A stretch of 64,000 nucleotides of DNA from Candidatus Multivoradales bacterium (GTDB taxonomy: Bacteria; Acidobacteriota; Thermoanaerobaculia; Multivoradales; J023): assembly GCA_965248925.1 (NCBI GenBank), contig CBDFLE010000005.1, positions 2,293,354 to 2,357,353 of the forward strand, read 5' to 3'. The notes under the pieces were generated by a model that saw nothing but the letters and a program-made list of their open reading frames with translations, ran no database searches and was not told the origin of the DNA. Every line of letters starts with the position of its first letter. Position 1 is the first letter of the stretch. Positions 27,801 to 37,515 of this stretch are shown here, piece by piece. Both the position numbers and the translations under genes were made by a program.

Positions 27801-30800
27801 AGTGCTGGAGAACGTGGTCGAGGCGGTGGCCAGCTCCAGACTCGGCAATCTGGTGCTGCGCCAGCCGATTTCCTCGGTCGCCTTCCCCCAGGATCCGGCG
27901 GCTCTGCGCCGCACCAACCGCGACGACAGCCAGGGCACCGACCTCACCGTGCTGCACGGCCTGTGGCAAGACACCCTGGCGATCGCCGTCGAGGATCCGC
28001 ACGGCAACCCGGTGGCCAACCAAGACGTGGCTTTCACCAACACCGTCTTCGTCGCCCCTGGCATCACCTGCACCAACGCTCCGCCGGACCCCACCCCAGG
28101 TGCCTTCTTCGACGCCTCAATCGACTCGATCACCGGTGGCTTCACCGGCTGCCCGGTCACTACGCCCCGTTTCGGCGATTGCGGCAGCTCCGATTTGACC
28201 CTGAGAACGACCTCCTCGGGTCAGGTCTCGGCCGGTTTCATCGCCGGCCCCAGCGCCATTACCAGCTACCCGGCAACCGTCAGTTCAGCCGCCTTGCCAC
28301 CGCTGTCTTACGAGTACAGCATTTCCTTCATCAACAACACGGGCCTCAACCACGACCACTGCGGGCCGCTGGCACAGCGCTTCGTGCGCACTTTCGGGTT
28401 CTTCGCCGACGCCGCCGGCCAGCCCAGCTCGGCAGTGCGAGCCGGCCAGGTCTACGACCCACCGGTCGGAGTCGAGGCCCTCGAATGGGTGCCCGAGTGC
28501 CAGGGGATAGGGATCGCCGACCCCAGCCCGGGGGGACCGCTGTTCTTCCTGGTCTGCAACGAGCTACGAGGCGAGTGGCGACCCGCCTATTTCTACCAGG
28601 ACGGCAGCCATCCGCTGGCGGTTGAACTGCTGCCCGCCGGCACCACCACGCCGCCACAGATCGACAACCTCCTCGGCCGCCTCGAGAGCCGGCTGCAAGC
28701 CGGCCTCGACCCAGCCTTGCACACTGCTCGGGTGTCGCTACCAGTGCTGCCCAAGAGTCCCTACCTCGACGACTTCAATGGCGAAGTCACTGTGCTCGAA
28801 ACCCCCGAGGACTACCTCGCCGTCGGCCTGCTCGACATTGCCCTCGGACTGATCGCCAACATCGACCAAGAAATCGGCAGTCTGTGGGGGGTGCAAGCTC
28901 AGATCACCAGCTTCGAGCCGCCTATCGTGCCCCTCGACGACGACGGCCTCGCAGCTGAGCCGGTAGCGGTGAGCTACCAGATCGCGCCGGCCGAGTATCA
29001 GCCCACTAGTGCTTTCGTCGAGCTGCTGCGCGACGGCCAACAGGTCGACCTCTTGCGCGGCCAGAGCATCGCTGGAGAAGGTCTCGCCGAGCTGCCCCGC
29101 GGCCTTGAGCTGGGCCTCGACGGTCTGTGGCAGGCCGAGCTGGTGCTCAATCTCGACACTCCGATCGAAGTACGCGGCGACCCCGTGCCGGTGCCCCTAG
29201 AGCAGCAGCTCTTCGCCGACTACAGCCGCGCCTTGGCGGTGCGCCAGGATGTCGACCTGCTCAACCAGCGACGCTGCGCCCAGCCGACCCTCTTCAGCTT
29301 TGAGCTCAACCGCCCGGCCGAGGTCACCCTGATCGCCCGCCGGATCGAGAGCGTCGAGACCGACGGCAGCCTCAACACCGCCGCCGCCATCACCCTGATC
29401 GAAGCCGAGATGTTTGCCGACGGCGAGCACGGCGAGCCGATCAGCCCCACCGACCTGCCCCCCGGCGACTACCTGATCGAGCTGCGCGGCATCGACGCGG
29501 TGGATGGCTACGAGGAGGTCCGCGAGGCCCGGCTGAGTTCCGATTGGGACATCTCCGAAATACTGCCCATCGGCCATACCTTGGTCCACGGTGTCGACCT
29601 TTTCGATGGCCACCTCACCATCAGTAGAACCGATCTCGAAATCCCCGGCCGCGGCATCGGCCTGGCGCTGCGGCGCACCTATTCGAGCCTGGCGGTGTCG
29701 AGCGGCGGCCCCTTCGGCCTGGGCTGGAACCATCGCTACCAGTCGCGAGTCGTGATCACCCCCTGCGGCGAGGCCATCTTGATCGGCGGCGAGGGCTCGG
29801 GCCTGCGTTTCGTCGACGATGGCCAGGGCGGACTACGCCCGCTGCGCGGCTCTCACGGCACCCTGCGGGCCGACCCGGCTGACGGCGGCTTCGACTTCTT
29901 CACCACCTCCGGCAACCGCTTCCACTATCTCTTCTCGGAAGACAGCACCTGGCATTTGGCCTGGACCGAAGACCCCAACGGCAACCGCACCACCCTCACC
30001 TACATCGCCGGCGCCGATGGCCCCCTGCTGCGTCAAGTCACCGACTCCAGCGGCCGAGCCCTGGTTTTCGACTACCGCCAGGCCAGATTTGCTGCCTGGG
30101 ATGGACCGGTGATCGAGCACATCACCGGCCCTGGCGGCCTGGCGATGAGCTTCGATTACGACCGTTTCGGTAACCTGATCACCGCCCAGCGCGACAACCA
30201 GAGTCGCATCGAGCGCTACACCTACCAGACCCAGCCCAACGCCGGCCTGGAGCTGCGGCCGGTGATGACCTCGACGACCAATGGTCTCTCAGGCGCCAGC
30301 ACCCATTACACCTGGCAGAGCGGCGCCGTGGCCATCGAAGCCGGATTGTCGATCGATGCCTTGCTAGTAAGCTCGATCACCCACCCTGAAGGAGGAGTCG
30401 CCACATTCGCCTTCGATCAGCAGCTGCTCGGCAACGCCGCCACGCTAGAGCTAGAGACCACCGTCACCGATCGCCGCCAGCGGGCCACCACTTACCGTCT
30501 TAACCGCTACGGCAGCCCGGTGGTGATCACCGACCCCATCGGCCACACAACCCGCAAGACCTGGACCCCCGGCGACGTGCTGATGCTCAGTCGCACTGAC
30601 CAGAATGGGGTCGTCACTAGCTTCGAGTACGACCAGCACGGCAACCGGACCACCGAGCGCGTCCAAGTCACCGACGAGACCGGCACCCTGGTCACCCGCG
30701 AGCGCCTGAGCACTTACTTTTCGCCCTCAGCCTTTATCGCAGAAGGCATCAAAAACCACCTCAAGAGCCACACCGACGGCCGTGGCCACACCACCCAATT

Positions 30801-33800
30801 TGAGTACGACGCCCAGGGCAATCTGACCCGCCAACACATCACCGTCATCGATGCCGAGGGCGCCGCCTCCACCGTCGAGAGCCGCCACACCTACTACTCA
30901 AACGGCGACCGCCGCACCACCACCGATGCTCGCAGCCACGCCAGCACCTTCACTTGGGACACTTTCGGCAACCCGGCCACCGTGCGCGACCGCGAAAACG
31001 GCCTGACCACCTTCGCCTTCGATTCACGAGGCCGCCAGCTCAGTCAGACCGACCCCAACAGCCACACCACCCGGCTGGCCTACGACGACCTAGACCGCCT
31101 GATCCTGCGCACCCTCGCCGACGGCAGCGTAGAGCAGATCCAGCACGACGACATCGCCCGCACCCGCACCCAGATCGATCCCCGTGGCCACGCCACCCGG
31201 ACCAGCTTCGATCTAGAAGGCCGGCCCATCGAGATCGTCAACGCCGAGGGCGGTCAGCAGCAGATGGAGTACGACCCAGAAGGCAACCTAACGCTAGAGA
31301 GCACCGTCTTCGACGCCACCACCCTCCGCCACAACACCCTGCTGGTTTACGACGACGCCGGCCGCCTGATCCGTCGCGAAGAGCCCGAGGGCCGCACCAC
31401 AGACCGAGAACTAGACCCAGCCGGCAACGTCCTGCGCCAGACCCTCGCCGACCGCGGCGACCCGAGCTTCACCCCCCGCGTCACCGAGACCGACTACGAC
31501 CGGCTCAACCGCCCCATCGAGACCCGACGCCTGCTCGACGCCGGCTTCATCGCCGGCCAGATCGCCTTCGATCTGGAAAACAACCCCGTCCACAGCACCG
31601 ACCCTCTCGGCCGAGTGACGACGATCACATTCGACGCCCTCGACCGCGAGATCGAGCGCACCGAGCCCGAGTGGAAAGCCGGCACCCCGAGAGTCAGTCA
31701 ACGTTTCTGGGACGGCAACGGCAACCTGATCAAGACGGTGCTTTTCAACGAGCCCGAAAACCAGATCCGCGAGACCACCTACGATCGCCTCAACCGCCCG
31801 ATCCGCCAGCTCGACGCCACCGGCGAGCTGCGGACGATGGAATACGACCCGGCAGGAAATCTGACTGTCAAGATCGACCGCCGCGGCCACCGCACCGAGC
31901 ACCAATACGACGAACGCAACCGCCGCATCAAAACCACCGTCAAGCTCGCCGCTGGCAACGCCATCACCGAATTCACCTTCGATCCCTCTAGCAACCTGAT
32001 CGAGCAGCTCCAGCCCAACCAGAACCGCATCACCCACACCTACGACCCGCTCAATCGCCGTCTCACAAGCGACGACCGCGAAGGCCAGCTCAGCCAGACC
32101 GGCTACGACGCTCGCGGCGTCCCCATCCGCCAAGAAGACGCCAACGGCAATGTCACCCTCAGCCAGTTCGACGGCCTCGGCCGCATGATCCGCCAGGATC
32201 TGCCCGAAGACCGCACCGTCCTACAAACCTACGATGTAGCCGGCAACCGCCTAGCCACCACTAACCCCCGCGGCCACGCCACCACCGCCCGCTTCGACAC
32301 CCTCAACCGTCAGATCGAAGAACTCTCGCCAGCCCCCTTCAACTACCTGCGCCAGATGACCTGGGACGACGCCGGCAACCTGCTCTCAGAAACCGACCGC
32401 CGAGGCAACACCACCGAATTCACCTACGACGACCTCGACCGCCGGATCACCCGGCTAGAACCACCCGTCCTGAGCGACGGCTCCGAGGTCCGCTACCTCA
32501 CCACTTGGGCCCAGGACACCGCCGGCAACCAGCTCACCGAGGTCGACCCCCGAGGCATCCTCACCGAGAACCGCTGGGACGCCGAGAACCGCCGCACCCA
32601 CACCCTGCGCGCCAATCTGCTCATCGAGCAGGTTGAGTTTGATGCCGCCGGCAACCGAACGAAAATCTGGGATGCCAACCGCAACCTAGCCCAATTCGAC
32701 TATGACGAACGCCAGCTCATCATCACCGAGCGCCGCCCCCTCGGCGCCACCACCACCTTCACCCGCGACAGTATGGGCGACGTAATCCGCCGCCAAGACC
32801 CAGCCGGCAGATTCACCGATTCCACCTTCGACTTCCGCAGGCGCAAGCTCACCAGCACCCGCTTTGGCGAAGGAAATCGCCCCGAAACCACCACTTCCTC
32901 TTACGATTCCCAGGGCAACCGCATCGGCAAGCTGCGCCCCGAGGGCAACGCCTGGACTTACAGCTTCGACGGTGCCCACCGCCTCACCGAAGTCGAAGAC
33001 CCCGACGGCGATCTCACCACCTACGAACTCGACCAAAACGGCAACCTCATCACCCAGATCGACGCCGCCAGCCAACCCACCACCTACACTTGGGACGAGC
33101 TAGACCGCCGCACCTCCATCACCCAGGCCGACGGCGCCACCGAGACCTTTACGTTCGACGAAAACGGCAACCTCGCCCAACACCGAGACGCCAAAAACCA
33201 ACTCTTCACCCGCACCCACGACTCGCTGAATAGGGAAATAGCCCTTCAGTACCCAGAAGACCCCTCCACCGACGACGACCTCGAGCAGATCACCACCACC
33301 TGGGACGCCAACGGCAACCACCTCCAAACCGCCGAACACTTCACGCAAACGGGGGAACTCACCACCACCCAGACCTGGGACGATTTTGATCGCCTAGCCA
33401 CCCGAACCGACCGCTGGGACAACACCCTCATTCACGGCTACGATCTCAACGGCAACCGCACCCTGCTCATTGACCCGGCGGGCATCCCAACCACCACCAC
33501 CTTCGACGCCCTCAACCGAGTCGACACCGTCACCACCCCCGGCGGAGTCACCGACTATCAGTACCTCGCCAACAGCCTGCTCAGCCAGATCGACTATCCC
33601 AACGGCACCACCAGCACCTGGCAATACGATCCCGCCAACCGCATCAGGGACCTCGACCATCGCCAGAACACCGCCCTGATCTCCAGCTTCCAATACCAGT
33701 ACGACCGCAACGGCAACCGCACTGAGCAGATCGAGACCCACACCAGCCAGCCAGCCGAAACCACCATCTACGCTTTCGATCTAGTAGACCGCCTCGCCAC

Positions 33801-35547
33801 CGTCGCCTACCCCGAGAAAACCGTCACCACCACCTACGATGCTGTAGGCAATCGCATCTCAGAATCGGCCGTCGACAACGGCGCCACGACGATCACCGAC
33901 CGCCTCTACGCCTACGACAATCGCCACCGATTAGTAACTGTCACCGACCAACTCGACGCCGCCCAAGCCGTCACCTACACCCACGATGCCAACGGCAATC
34001 AGTCAACCCGAACAAGAGACAGCCAGCTAACCCAGCTGACCTACGACACTCGCGATCAGCTCACCCAGGTCATCGAAGCCAGCGTCATCCAAGGCACCTA
34101 CGCATTCGACGCCACCGGCCTCAGAGTCCAAAAGCTAACTGCTGAAGGTGAAGCGAGATACGTCTACGATCAGCAAAGCGTCCTGACTCGAGAAGACAAC
34201 GATGGAATCACCAAATTCAACTACGCCCCAGATCGCTTGCTCTCCGTCGATGACCCCGTAGAAGGCCGCGCCTACTACCTCCACGACGCCCTGGGCAGCG
34301 TCGTCGGGCTGATGACCCCCGGCGGCAGCCTGCTCGGTCGATATCGCTGGGACGCCTGGGGCAACAAGCGGGCCTCAGTTGAAACCGACGCCAACCCCTT
34401 CGGCTTCACCGGCCATGAGCACGATGAGGAAACCGGGCTGATCTACGCCAAGGCACGGTTCTATGATCCGGAATTGGGGCTCTTCTTGAACTCTGATCCG
34501 GCCGAAGGCGACTTGCAGAATCCACCGAGTCTGCATCGGTATCTGTATGCCTTCCAGAACCCGACCGTCTACACCGATCCCGATGGTAGAGCGCCCCTCG
34601 GCCTAGACTTTGCGCCTCTGCTCATTCCCGTCCAGGACGCATACCGCCAATCGCTCGCAGAAGAGTCGCGATTCCTGACCAATGCAGAATTCGACGCGCT
34701 ACCCGACGCAGAGCGAGAGCGCCGCATCGACGAAGAGTTCGATCGGCTCATCACTGGTCGTCCCTCCACGCCTACCGGCACCACCAGCGAGCAGGGCAAG
34801 ACCCAAGAATCCGGTATTCGTGCGGCCCTCGACAACTTCTTCATCGACCCGTTCAGAAGGCTTGGCGAATCCGCCCGGCGCACTATTGAGGGCTTCGAGA
34901 AGCTAAGCGACAAGATCTCCACCCGCGACAACCGCGACGAATTCCAGAAAGCCAAAGAACCATCCCTTGGAGGAGCCCACGGCGGTGTAACAATCCTCGT
35001 CGAAGCCAATGAGCAAGCGGGTGTCGTGGCATCGAGAGCTGCCCAGACAGCCCTCGATGCCGAAGAAGCCATCGGCCGTGTTAGCCTCGGCGGGTTGGGG
35101 ATTGGGCTAGGGAAGAGGCTAGTAAAGAAGGGCGCGCAGGAGGGTGCGGAGTTTGGCGCGAAGGCTGCGGCGAGAGGCCCAAGAAGCACGCCAAGCGGGA
35201 TACCCGGCTTACCTCGATCACTTGGAGCCGCCGGTCAGATAGAAATCCAAAGCAGCATCGGAAGTAGCAAGTATGCGGTCAGGCTAGCAGAGAGCATGGG
35301 AGATGCCGCTCAACGCGATGTCGACGCACTTATCAGTGCGCTTCGCAGCGGCAATTCAAACCCGGGTATTGGAACGAAAAATATCGGCGGCGGGTTCTTT
35401 GAACTCCGCGGCCGCAACGCTGGAAGAGTGATCGTAAGGCGGACTGGGATCAACTCCTTCGATGTTGTCGGCAAGTTCCAAGGCCATGCCCGTGGAGACG
35501 CGGCAAACTCACAGATCATCCGTCGCCTAATCGAGGACGCGCAGTGA
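24889..35547 (+). CDS. rhs: Rhs/YD-repeat polymorphic toxin copy 1 (signal peptide, degenerate transglutaminase, Ig-like, DUF6531, Rhs core, RelE-like C-terminal toxin)
   Basis: DUF6531 motif VDLFDGHL..TDLEIPGRG..RTYSS..GPFGLGW. Many YD repeats. Core FGFTGHEHDEETGLIYAKARFYDPELG..PTVYTDPDG ends at 34587. The C-terminal extension is 319 aa. Confidence 0.95.
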   Translation: MNCPTTRPRFARSFRRWLTSAGILLLASAVLATEPPAETSRTALETRILDQLARGRSIEGPLASWRSTRPVSTEESPTKTAPTSLNEALVELRQALPSKAKSRLDTSALTAAWESFQAWDLLQGDRFERTAARLDAAGLSGEPRARLERVRGDWQEFHDRLKTLLAEPLASLRTAQRTEQPALNVAAKAAAELLDTYPATLDRPMLRATSLPYRQLRLPARLPVTEPAIVPSYLDLADPGSTPTDLEPSSAAPLADEILLQAEELGYDYVAIYEFVRHQIATEWYAGSMKGALGTLRQGAGNDVDQASLLIALYRASGAAARYVGGVIELPLPWLNTQLGLDDGTAVADYLARAGIAHRPVIRGGRIAAFDVEHTWVSAHVPYSNYRGSVVDFSGRSWIPLTPALEPVERQPSTEVLAAMGFTANNFVTEMLSAAQLETPLSLLRQRVEQYLLDTDGGTYAEQLGSVTSTGQPLGLLPNGFYHPVLAVTFEDSELPASARHRLRLITRGETTAGSPAILDHQLDLHQALGRRLTLSYAPATSDDHLIINLWGGLAEVPPFLVRLRPQLYIDGRRIAVGEPVDAAKLHRFEAVVEGPFGSQEISQIVLSGAYHAIAVGGQHFQATELADNDPGDGEQLAARLLSGLAYSYGADWDAAETEIGGLLAVSPARPLPALVIASNSLRAELLLGVPQRLIWEGVTLDAALRVAEPAARDGSTETAADWMRLAALEGSALEQAIFEGQFQVAAISADRGLALARDSGIEVLRLDAGNLTAELPSLNHPQTVRDDVVALIAQGLTVEIPRQPISVSAWTGSTWRAEDPESGTAGYFLSGGLAGGATVEAPENWLLGFLADALAAPMSDSPNTDPLAGVELLVAEGTDSQLGTVDRVYRHPLAVRVLDAAGRPVQGTEVTFYIWAGDGRLLDTQNQESTSLTLRSDARGMARVKLRSGKHTAANPLFLRRFDSDIFQTRVLENVVEAVASSRLGNLVLRQPISSVAFPQDPAALRRTNRDDSQGTDLTVLHGLWQDTLAIAVEDPHGNPVANQDVAFTNTVFVAPGITCTNAPPDPTPGAFFDASIDSITGGFTGCPVTTPRFGDCGSSDLTLRTTSSGQVSAGFIAGPSAITSYPATVSSAALPPLSYEYSISFINNTGLNHDHCGPLAQRFVRTFGFFADAAGQPSSAVRAGQVYDPPVGVEALEWVPECQGIGIADPSPGGPLFFLVCNELRGEWRPAYFYQDGSHPLAVELLPAGTTTPPQIDNLLGRLESRLQAGLDPALHTARVSLPVLPKSPYLDDFNGEVTVLETPEDYLAVGLLDIALGLIANIDQEIGSLWGVQAQITSFEPPIVPLDDDGLAAEPVAVSYQIAPAEYQPTSAFVELLRDGQQVDLLRGQSIAGEGLAELPRGLELGLDGLWQAELVLNLDTPIEVRGDPVPVPLEQQLFADYSRALAVRQDVDLLNQRRCAQPTLFSFELNRPAEVTLIARRIESVETDGSLNTAAAITLIEAEMFADGEHGEPISPTDLPPGDYLIELRGIDAVDGYEEVREARLSSDWDISEILPIGHTLVHGVDLFDGHLTISRTDLEIPGRGIGLALRRTYSSLAVSSGGPFGLGWNHRYQSRVVITPCGEAILIGGEGSGLRFVDDGQGGLRPLRGSHGTLRADPADGGFDFFTTSGNRFHYLFSEDSTWHLAWTEDPNGNRTTLTYIAGADGPLLRQVTDSSGRALVFDYRQARFAAWDGPVIEHITGPGGLAMSFDYDRFGNLITAQRDNQSRIERYTYQTQPNAGLELRPVMTSTTNGLSGASTHYTWQSGAVAIEAGLSIDALLVSSITHPEGGVATFAFDQQLLGNAATLELETTVTDRRQRATTYRLNRYGSPVVITDPIGHTTRKTWTPGDVLMLSRTDQNGVVTSFEYDQHGNRTTERVQVTDETGTLVTRERLSTYFSPSAFIAEGIKNHLKSHTDGRGHTTQFEYDAQGNLTRQHITVIDAEGAASTVESRHTYYSNGDRRTTTDARSHASTFTWDTFGNPATVRDRENGLTTFAFDSRGRQLSQTDPNSHTTRLAYDDLDRLILRTLADGSVEQIQHDDIARTRTQIDPRGHATRTSFDLEGRPIEIVNAEGGQQQMEYDPEGNLTLESTVFDATTLRHNTLLVYDDAGRLIRREEPEGRTTDRELDPAGNVLRQTLADRGDPSFTPRVTETDYDRLNRPIETRRLLDAGFIAGQIAFDLENNPVHSTDPLGRVTTITFDALDREIERTEPEWKAGTPRVSQRFWDGNGNLIKTVLFNEPENQIRETTYDRLNRPIRQLDATGELRTMEYDPAGNLTVKIDRRGHRTEHQYDERNRRIKTTVKLAAGNAITEFTFDPSSNLIEQLQPNQNRITHTYDPLNRRLTSDDREGQLSQTGYDARGVPIRQEDANGNVTLSQFDGLGRMIRQDLPEDRTVLQTYDVAGNRLATTNPRGHATTARFDTLNRQIEELSPAPFNYLRQMTWDDAGNLLSETDRRGNTTEFTYDDLDRRITRLEPPVLSDGSEVRYLTTWAQDTAGNQLTEVDPRGILTENRWDAENRRTHTLRANLLIEQVEFDAAGNRTKIWDANRNLAQFDYDERQLIITERRPLGATTTFTRDSMGDVIRRQDPAGRFTDSTFDFRRRKLTSTRFGEGNRPETTTSSYDSQGNRIGKLRPEGNAWTYSFDGAHRLTEVEDPDGDLTTYELDQNGNLITQIDAASQPTTYTWDELDRRTSITQADGATETFTFDENGNLAQHRDAKNQLFTRTHDSLNREIALQYPEDPSTDDDLEQITTTWDANGNHLQTAEHFTQTGELTTTQTWDDFDRLATRTDRWDNTLIHGYDLNGNRTLLIDPAGIPTTTTFDALNRVDTVTTPGGVTDYQYLANSLLSQIDYPNGTTSTWQYDPANRIRDLDHRQNTALISSFQYQYDRNGNRTEQIETHTSQPAETTIYAFDLVDRLATVAYPEKTVTTTYDAVGNRISESAVDNGATTITDRLYAYDNRHRLVTVTDQLDAAQAVTYTHDANGNQSTRTRDSQLTQLTYDTRDQLTQVIEASVIQGTYAFDATGLRVQKLTAEGEARYVYDQQSVLTREDNDGITKFNYAPDRLLSVDDPVEGRAYYLHDALGSVVGLMTPGGSLLGRYRWDAWGNKRASVETDANPFGFTGHEHDEETGLIYAKARFYDPELGLFLNSDPAEGDLQNPPSLHRYLYAFQNPTVYTDPDGRAPLGLDFAPLLIPVQDAYRQSLAEESRFLTNAEFDALPDAERERRIDEEFDRLITGRPSTPTGTTSEQGKTQESGIRAALDNFFIDPFRRLGESARRTIEGFEKLSDKISTRDNRDEFQKAKEPSLGGAHGGVTILVEANEQAGVVASRAAQTALDAEEAIGRVSLGGLGIGLGKRLVKKGAQEGAEFGAKAAARGPRSTPSGIPGLPRSLGAAGQIEIQSSIGSSKYAVRLAESMGDAAQRDVDALISALRSGNSNPGIGTKNIGGGFFELRGRNAGRVIVRRTGINSFDVVGKFQGHARGDAANSQIIRRLIEDAQ

Positions 35548-35789
35548 GGGGCAAGCAAGAGGTTAGGACCGTGCGCGAGCTGAGCGGCGAGATCTGGGCC
35601 GAGGTTCAAAGCAGATTCAGCAACGAAGAAATCGATTGGCGTGTTCAGGGCCGCCTCGCCGATGTTGTGATGGGTATCTTGGCCCGCCACGCGGGTAAGG
35701 TCATCGAAAATGATCGGGACCTTCCAGTCTTGCCACTTCCAAAGTTGGATTTTGGCGCGACCTGCGAGGATGAGGAGCAGGCTGAATAG
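35544..35789 (+). CDS. Putative immunity protein for toxin 1
   Basis: Small ORF whose GTG overlaps the toxin stop (GTGA); acidic C-terminus. Call is positional. Confidence 0.7.
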   Translation: MRGKQEVRTVRELSGEIWAEVQSRFSNEEIDWRVQGRLADVVMGILARHAGKVIENDRDLPVLPLPKLDFGATCEDEEQAE

Positions 35790-35839
35790 GTGTCAACCGA
35801 ATCTATTCTCACCTAGAACAAGCAGCTTGCTTTGAACAC

Positions 35840-35861
35840 AGCCCGGCGATCGCCGGGCTTT
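35840..35861. terminator. Perfect 20-bp palindrome, probable terminator between convergent genes
   Basis: AGCCCGGCGA|TCGCCGGGCT (35840-35859) followed by TT, lying between immunity-1 (+) and the HTH gene (-). Confidence 0.6.
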
Positions 35862-35877
35862 CGTGATTCAGGAACTA

Positions 35878-36213
35878 CTAGCCAGAGGCCAGCCGCTTGG
35901 CCTGATGCTGGAGGATGAGCCCATCGAGGACTGTCTTGGCGACCTTCCTGGCGTCGGGATCAAACTGGGCCAGGGCCTCGAACTGAAGCAGCAGATCATC
36001 GCTGGGTCCTCTTTCCTCGGCATCGAAGAGCAACGCATCTGCACTCACGCTGAGAGCGACTGAGAGTTTCCGAATCGCGTCGAGTCCAGGCTGGGAAGAA
36101 CCTCCCTCGTAGCGGCGCACCTGCACAACGTGGAGCCCGACAGTGTCAGCAAGCGCCTGCTGGGTAAGGCCCCGTTGCTTTCGTAGTGTGCTCAGCCGTT
36201 GTGCGAATTCCAT
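35878..36213 (-). CDS. XRE-family HTH transcriptional regulator (RstR-like)
   Basis: MEFAQRLSTLRKQRGLTQQALADTVGLHVVQVRRYEGGSSQPGLDAIRKLSVALSVSADALLF..GPSDDLLLQFEA. ATG 36213 is preferred over the track start 36267. Confidence 0.9.
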   Translation of the reverse strand: MEFAQRLSTLRKQRGLTQQALADTVGLHVVQVRRYEGGSSQPGLDAIRKLSVALSVSADALLFDAEERGPSDDLLLQFEALAQFDPDARKVAKTVLDGLILQHQAKRLASG

Positions 36214-36446
36214 CTCAAGGTGTCCCGTCCGCCGCGTCCACAAGCATATTTGTGGCTGAAGGGTCACTTTATTGGTCGCCTGCCCTTGCTGGTGGCCAGC
36301 GCCGTACTGACAATTCTCAACTCACTCAGAGAACCTCCTCGACGGATCTCGATTTCCTCTGGTTGCCCAGAATCCTTGTGTCCCGGACGCAGCTCACCAT
36401 GGACAGCGTGCTGCGGTCTGCCCTTCCTTCGCCGTCCCGAGCCGCT

Positions 36447-37276
36447 CTACTTGGGCGCGTAGAAGCCAGAGAGCACTCCTTGCCAGGCGGTCAAGAATTG
36501 TAGCTGCCCTCGCGGGCGCCAGCGACCGGTCCAGATCTCGCCCGGCGTACAGCCGTCGAGGCTCTGGTGCGGGCGAAGATCGTTGTACCAATAGCGGAAG
36601 ACATCCCGCGGCCGTTCTGCCAGGGCGAGGCCACCTGAGTGCGCTGGTGGCGAATGCCGAGCAGAAGAAGCGAAAGCCTGAAGATCCACGAGGTGAAGAC
36701 CGGCTCGTTGTCGGTGCGCAGGCACTTTGGCTTACCACCTAGCTCAATCGCGTCGAGCAGCTGGCGCACCAGCTCGACCGACGCCTTCGTCTTCAAAGTC
36801 TGAAGGCGCAAGCAAAGCCGAGTCCCGTGATCGAGCAAGCCGAAGATGGTCTCTTTCTGCCCGGCGGCGTTGTTGGCATAGGTGAGATCGGCGGCCCAGA
36901 TCAGCCGCTTGTCGACCGTCCCAGGTTTCCTCCTGCGGATCTTCTGACGCCAAGCGAGGATCTCCAGCTGGTGCTCTTTGAAGATCTTCGCAACATAGCT
37001 CTTGCCGACCGTCATCCGGCGATGGCGGTAGTTGCGATTGAAGGCGGCTGCGATGGCTCGACAGCCATCGGAGGGCTGCAACGCCTTGAGCCGGATCACT
37101 GCTTGCCGAACCCACCTGGGCTTGGGCCGGCAGAAGCCGCGATAGGTCGTCGGGCCGGGTGGACACTACGCTCGGCGGCGGTGCTTTGCTTTGGGCTGTT
37201 GAGCGAGCGAAGTGACCGCAAGAAGGAGAAGCAAGACAGGCGCGCAGAGCAATGCGCCGGCAAGATCGGAAGTCAT
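36447..37276 (-). pseudogene. Degenerate DDE (rve) integrase/transposase
   Basis: Motifs WAADLT, LLDHGTR, LRTDNEPVF and SPWQNGR, then YN..RPHQSLDGCTP in a different frame. The segment expected to carry the catalytic Glu is missing (~36605). In-frame TAG at 37166-37168 after ATG 37276. Confidence 0.85.
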
Positions 37277-37515
37277 TGCCCGAGGATATCGACCTCGCCC
37301 GGCTCAACGCGAAGCGGCGCGCTGGTCCTCTGATGAGCTGCGAGCGGATCGCTCCCTCACCGGTCACCGCCAGAAGACCAGGGGCTCGGATCGTACAGAG
37401 CTAGCTCGAAATCCATCTCTGCCACCCTCGCCTCGACCCTACGTCTGGCTTTGGCCCCTACGGTCCTGGCGGCGATCTCGTTGGCCAGCCGCTCGCCTTT
37501 GCCGAGTACCGATGG

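Noticed and set aside
29900-34500. C/A-rich periodic sequence as CRISPR or DNA tandem repeat
   Set aside because: It reflects Thr/Asp-rich YD-repeat codons. No fixed repeat-spacer array, cas gene, tRNA or rRNA was seen anywhere in the window.
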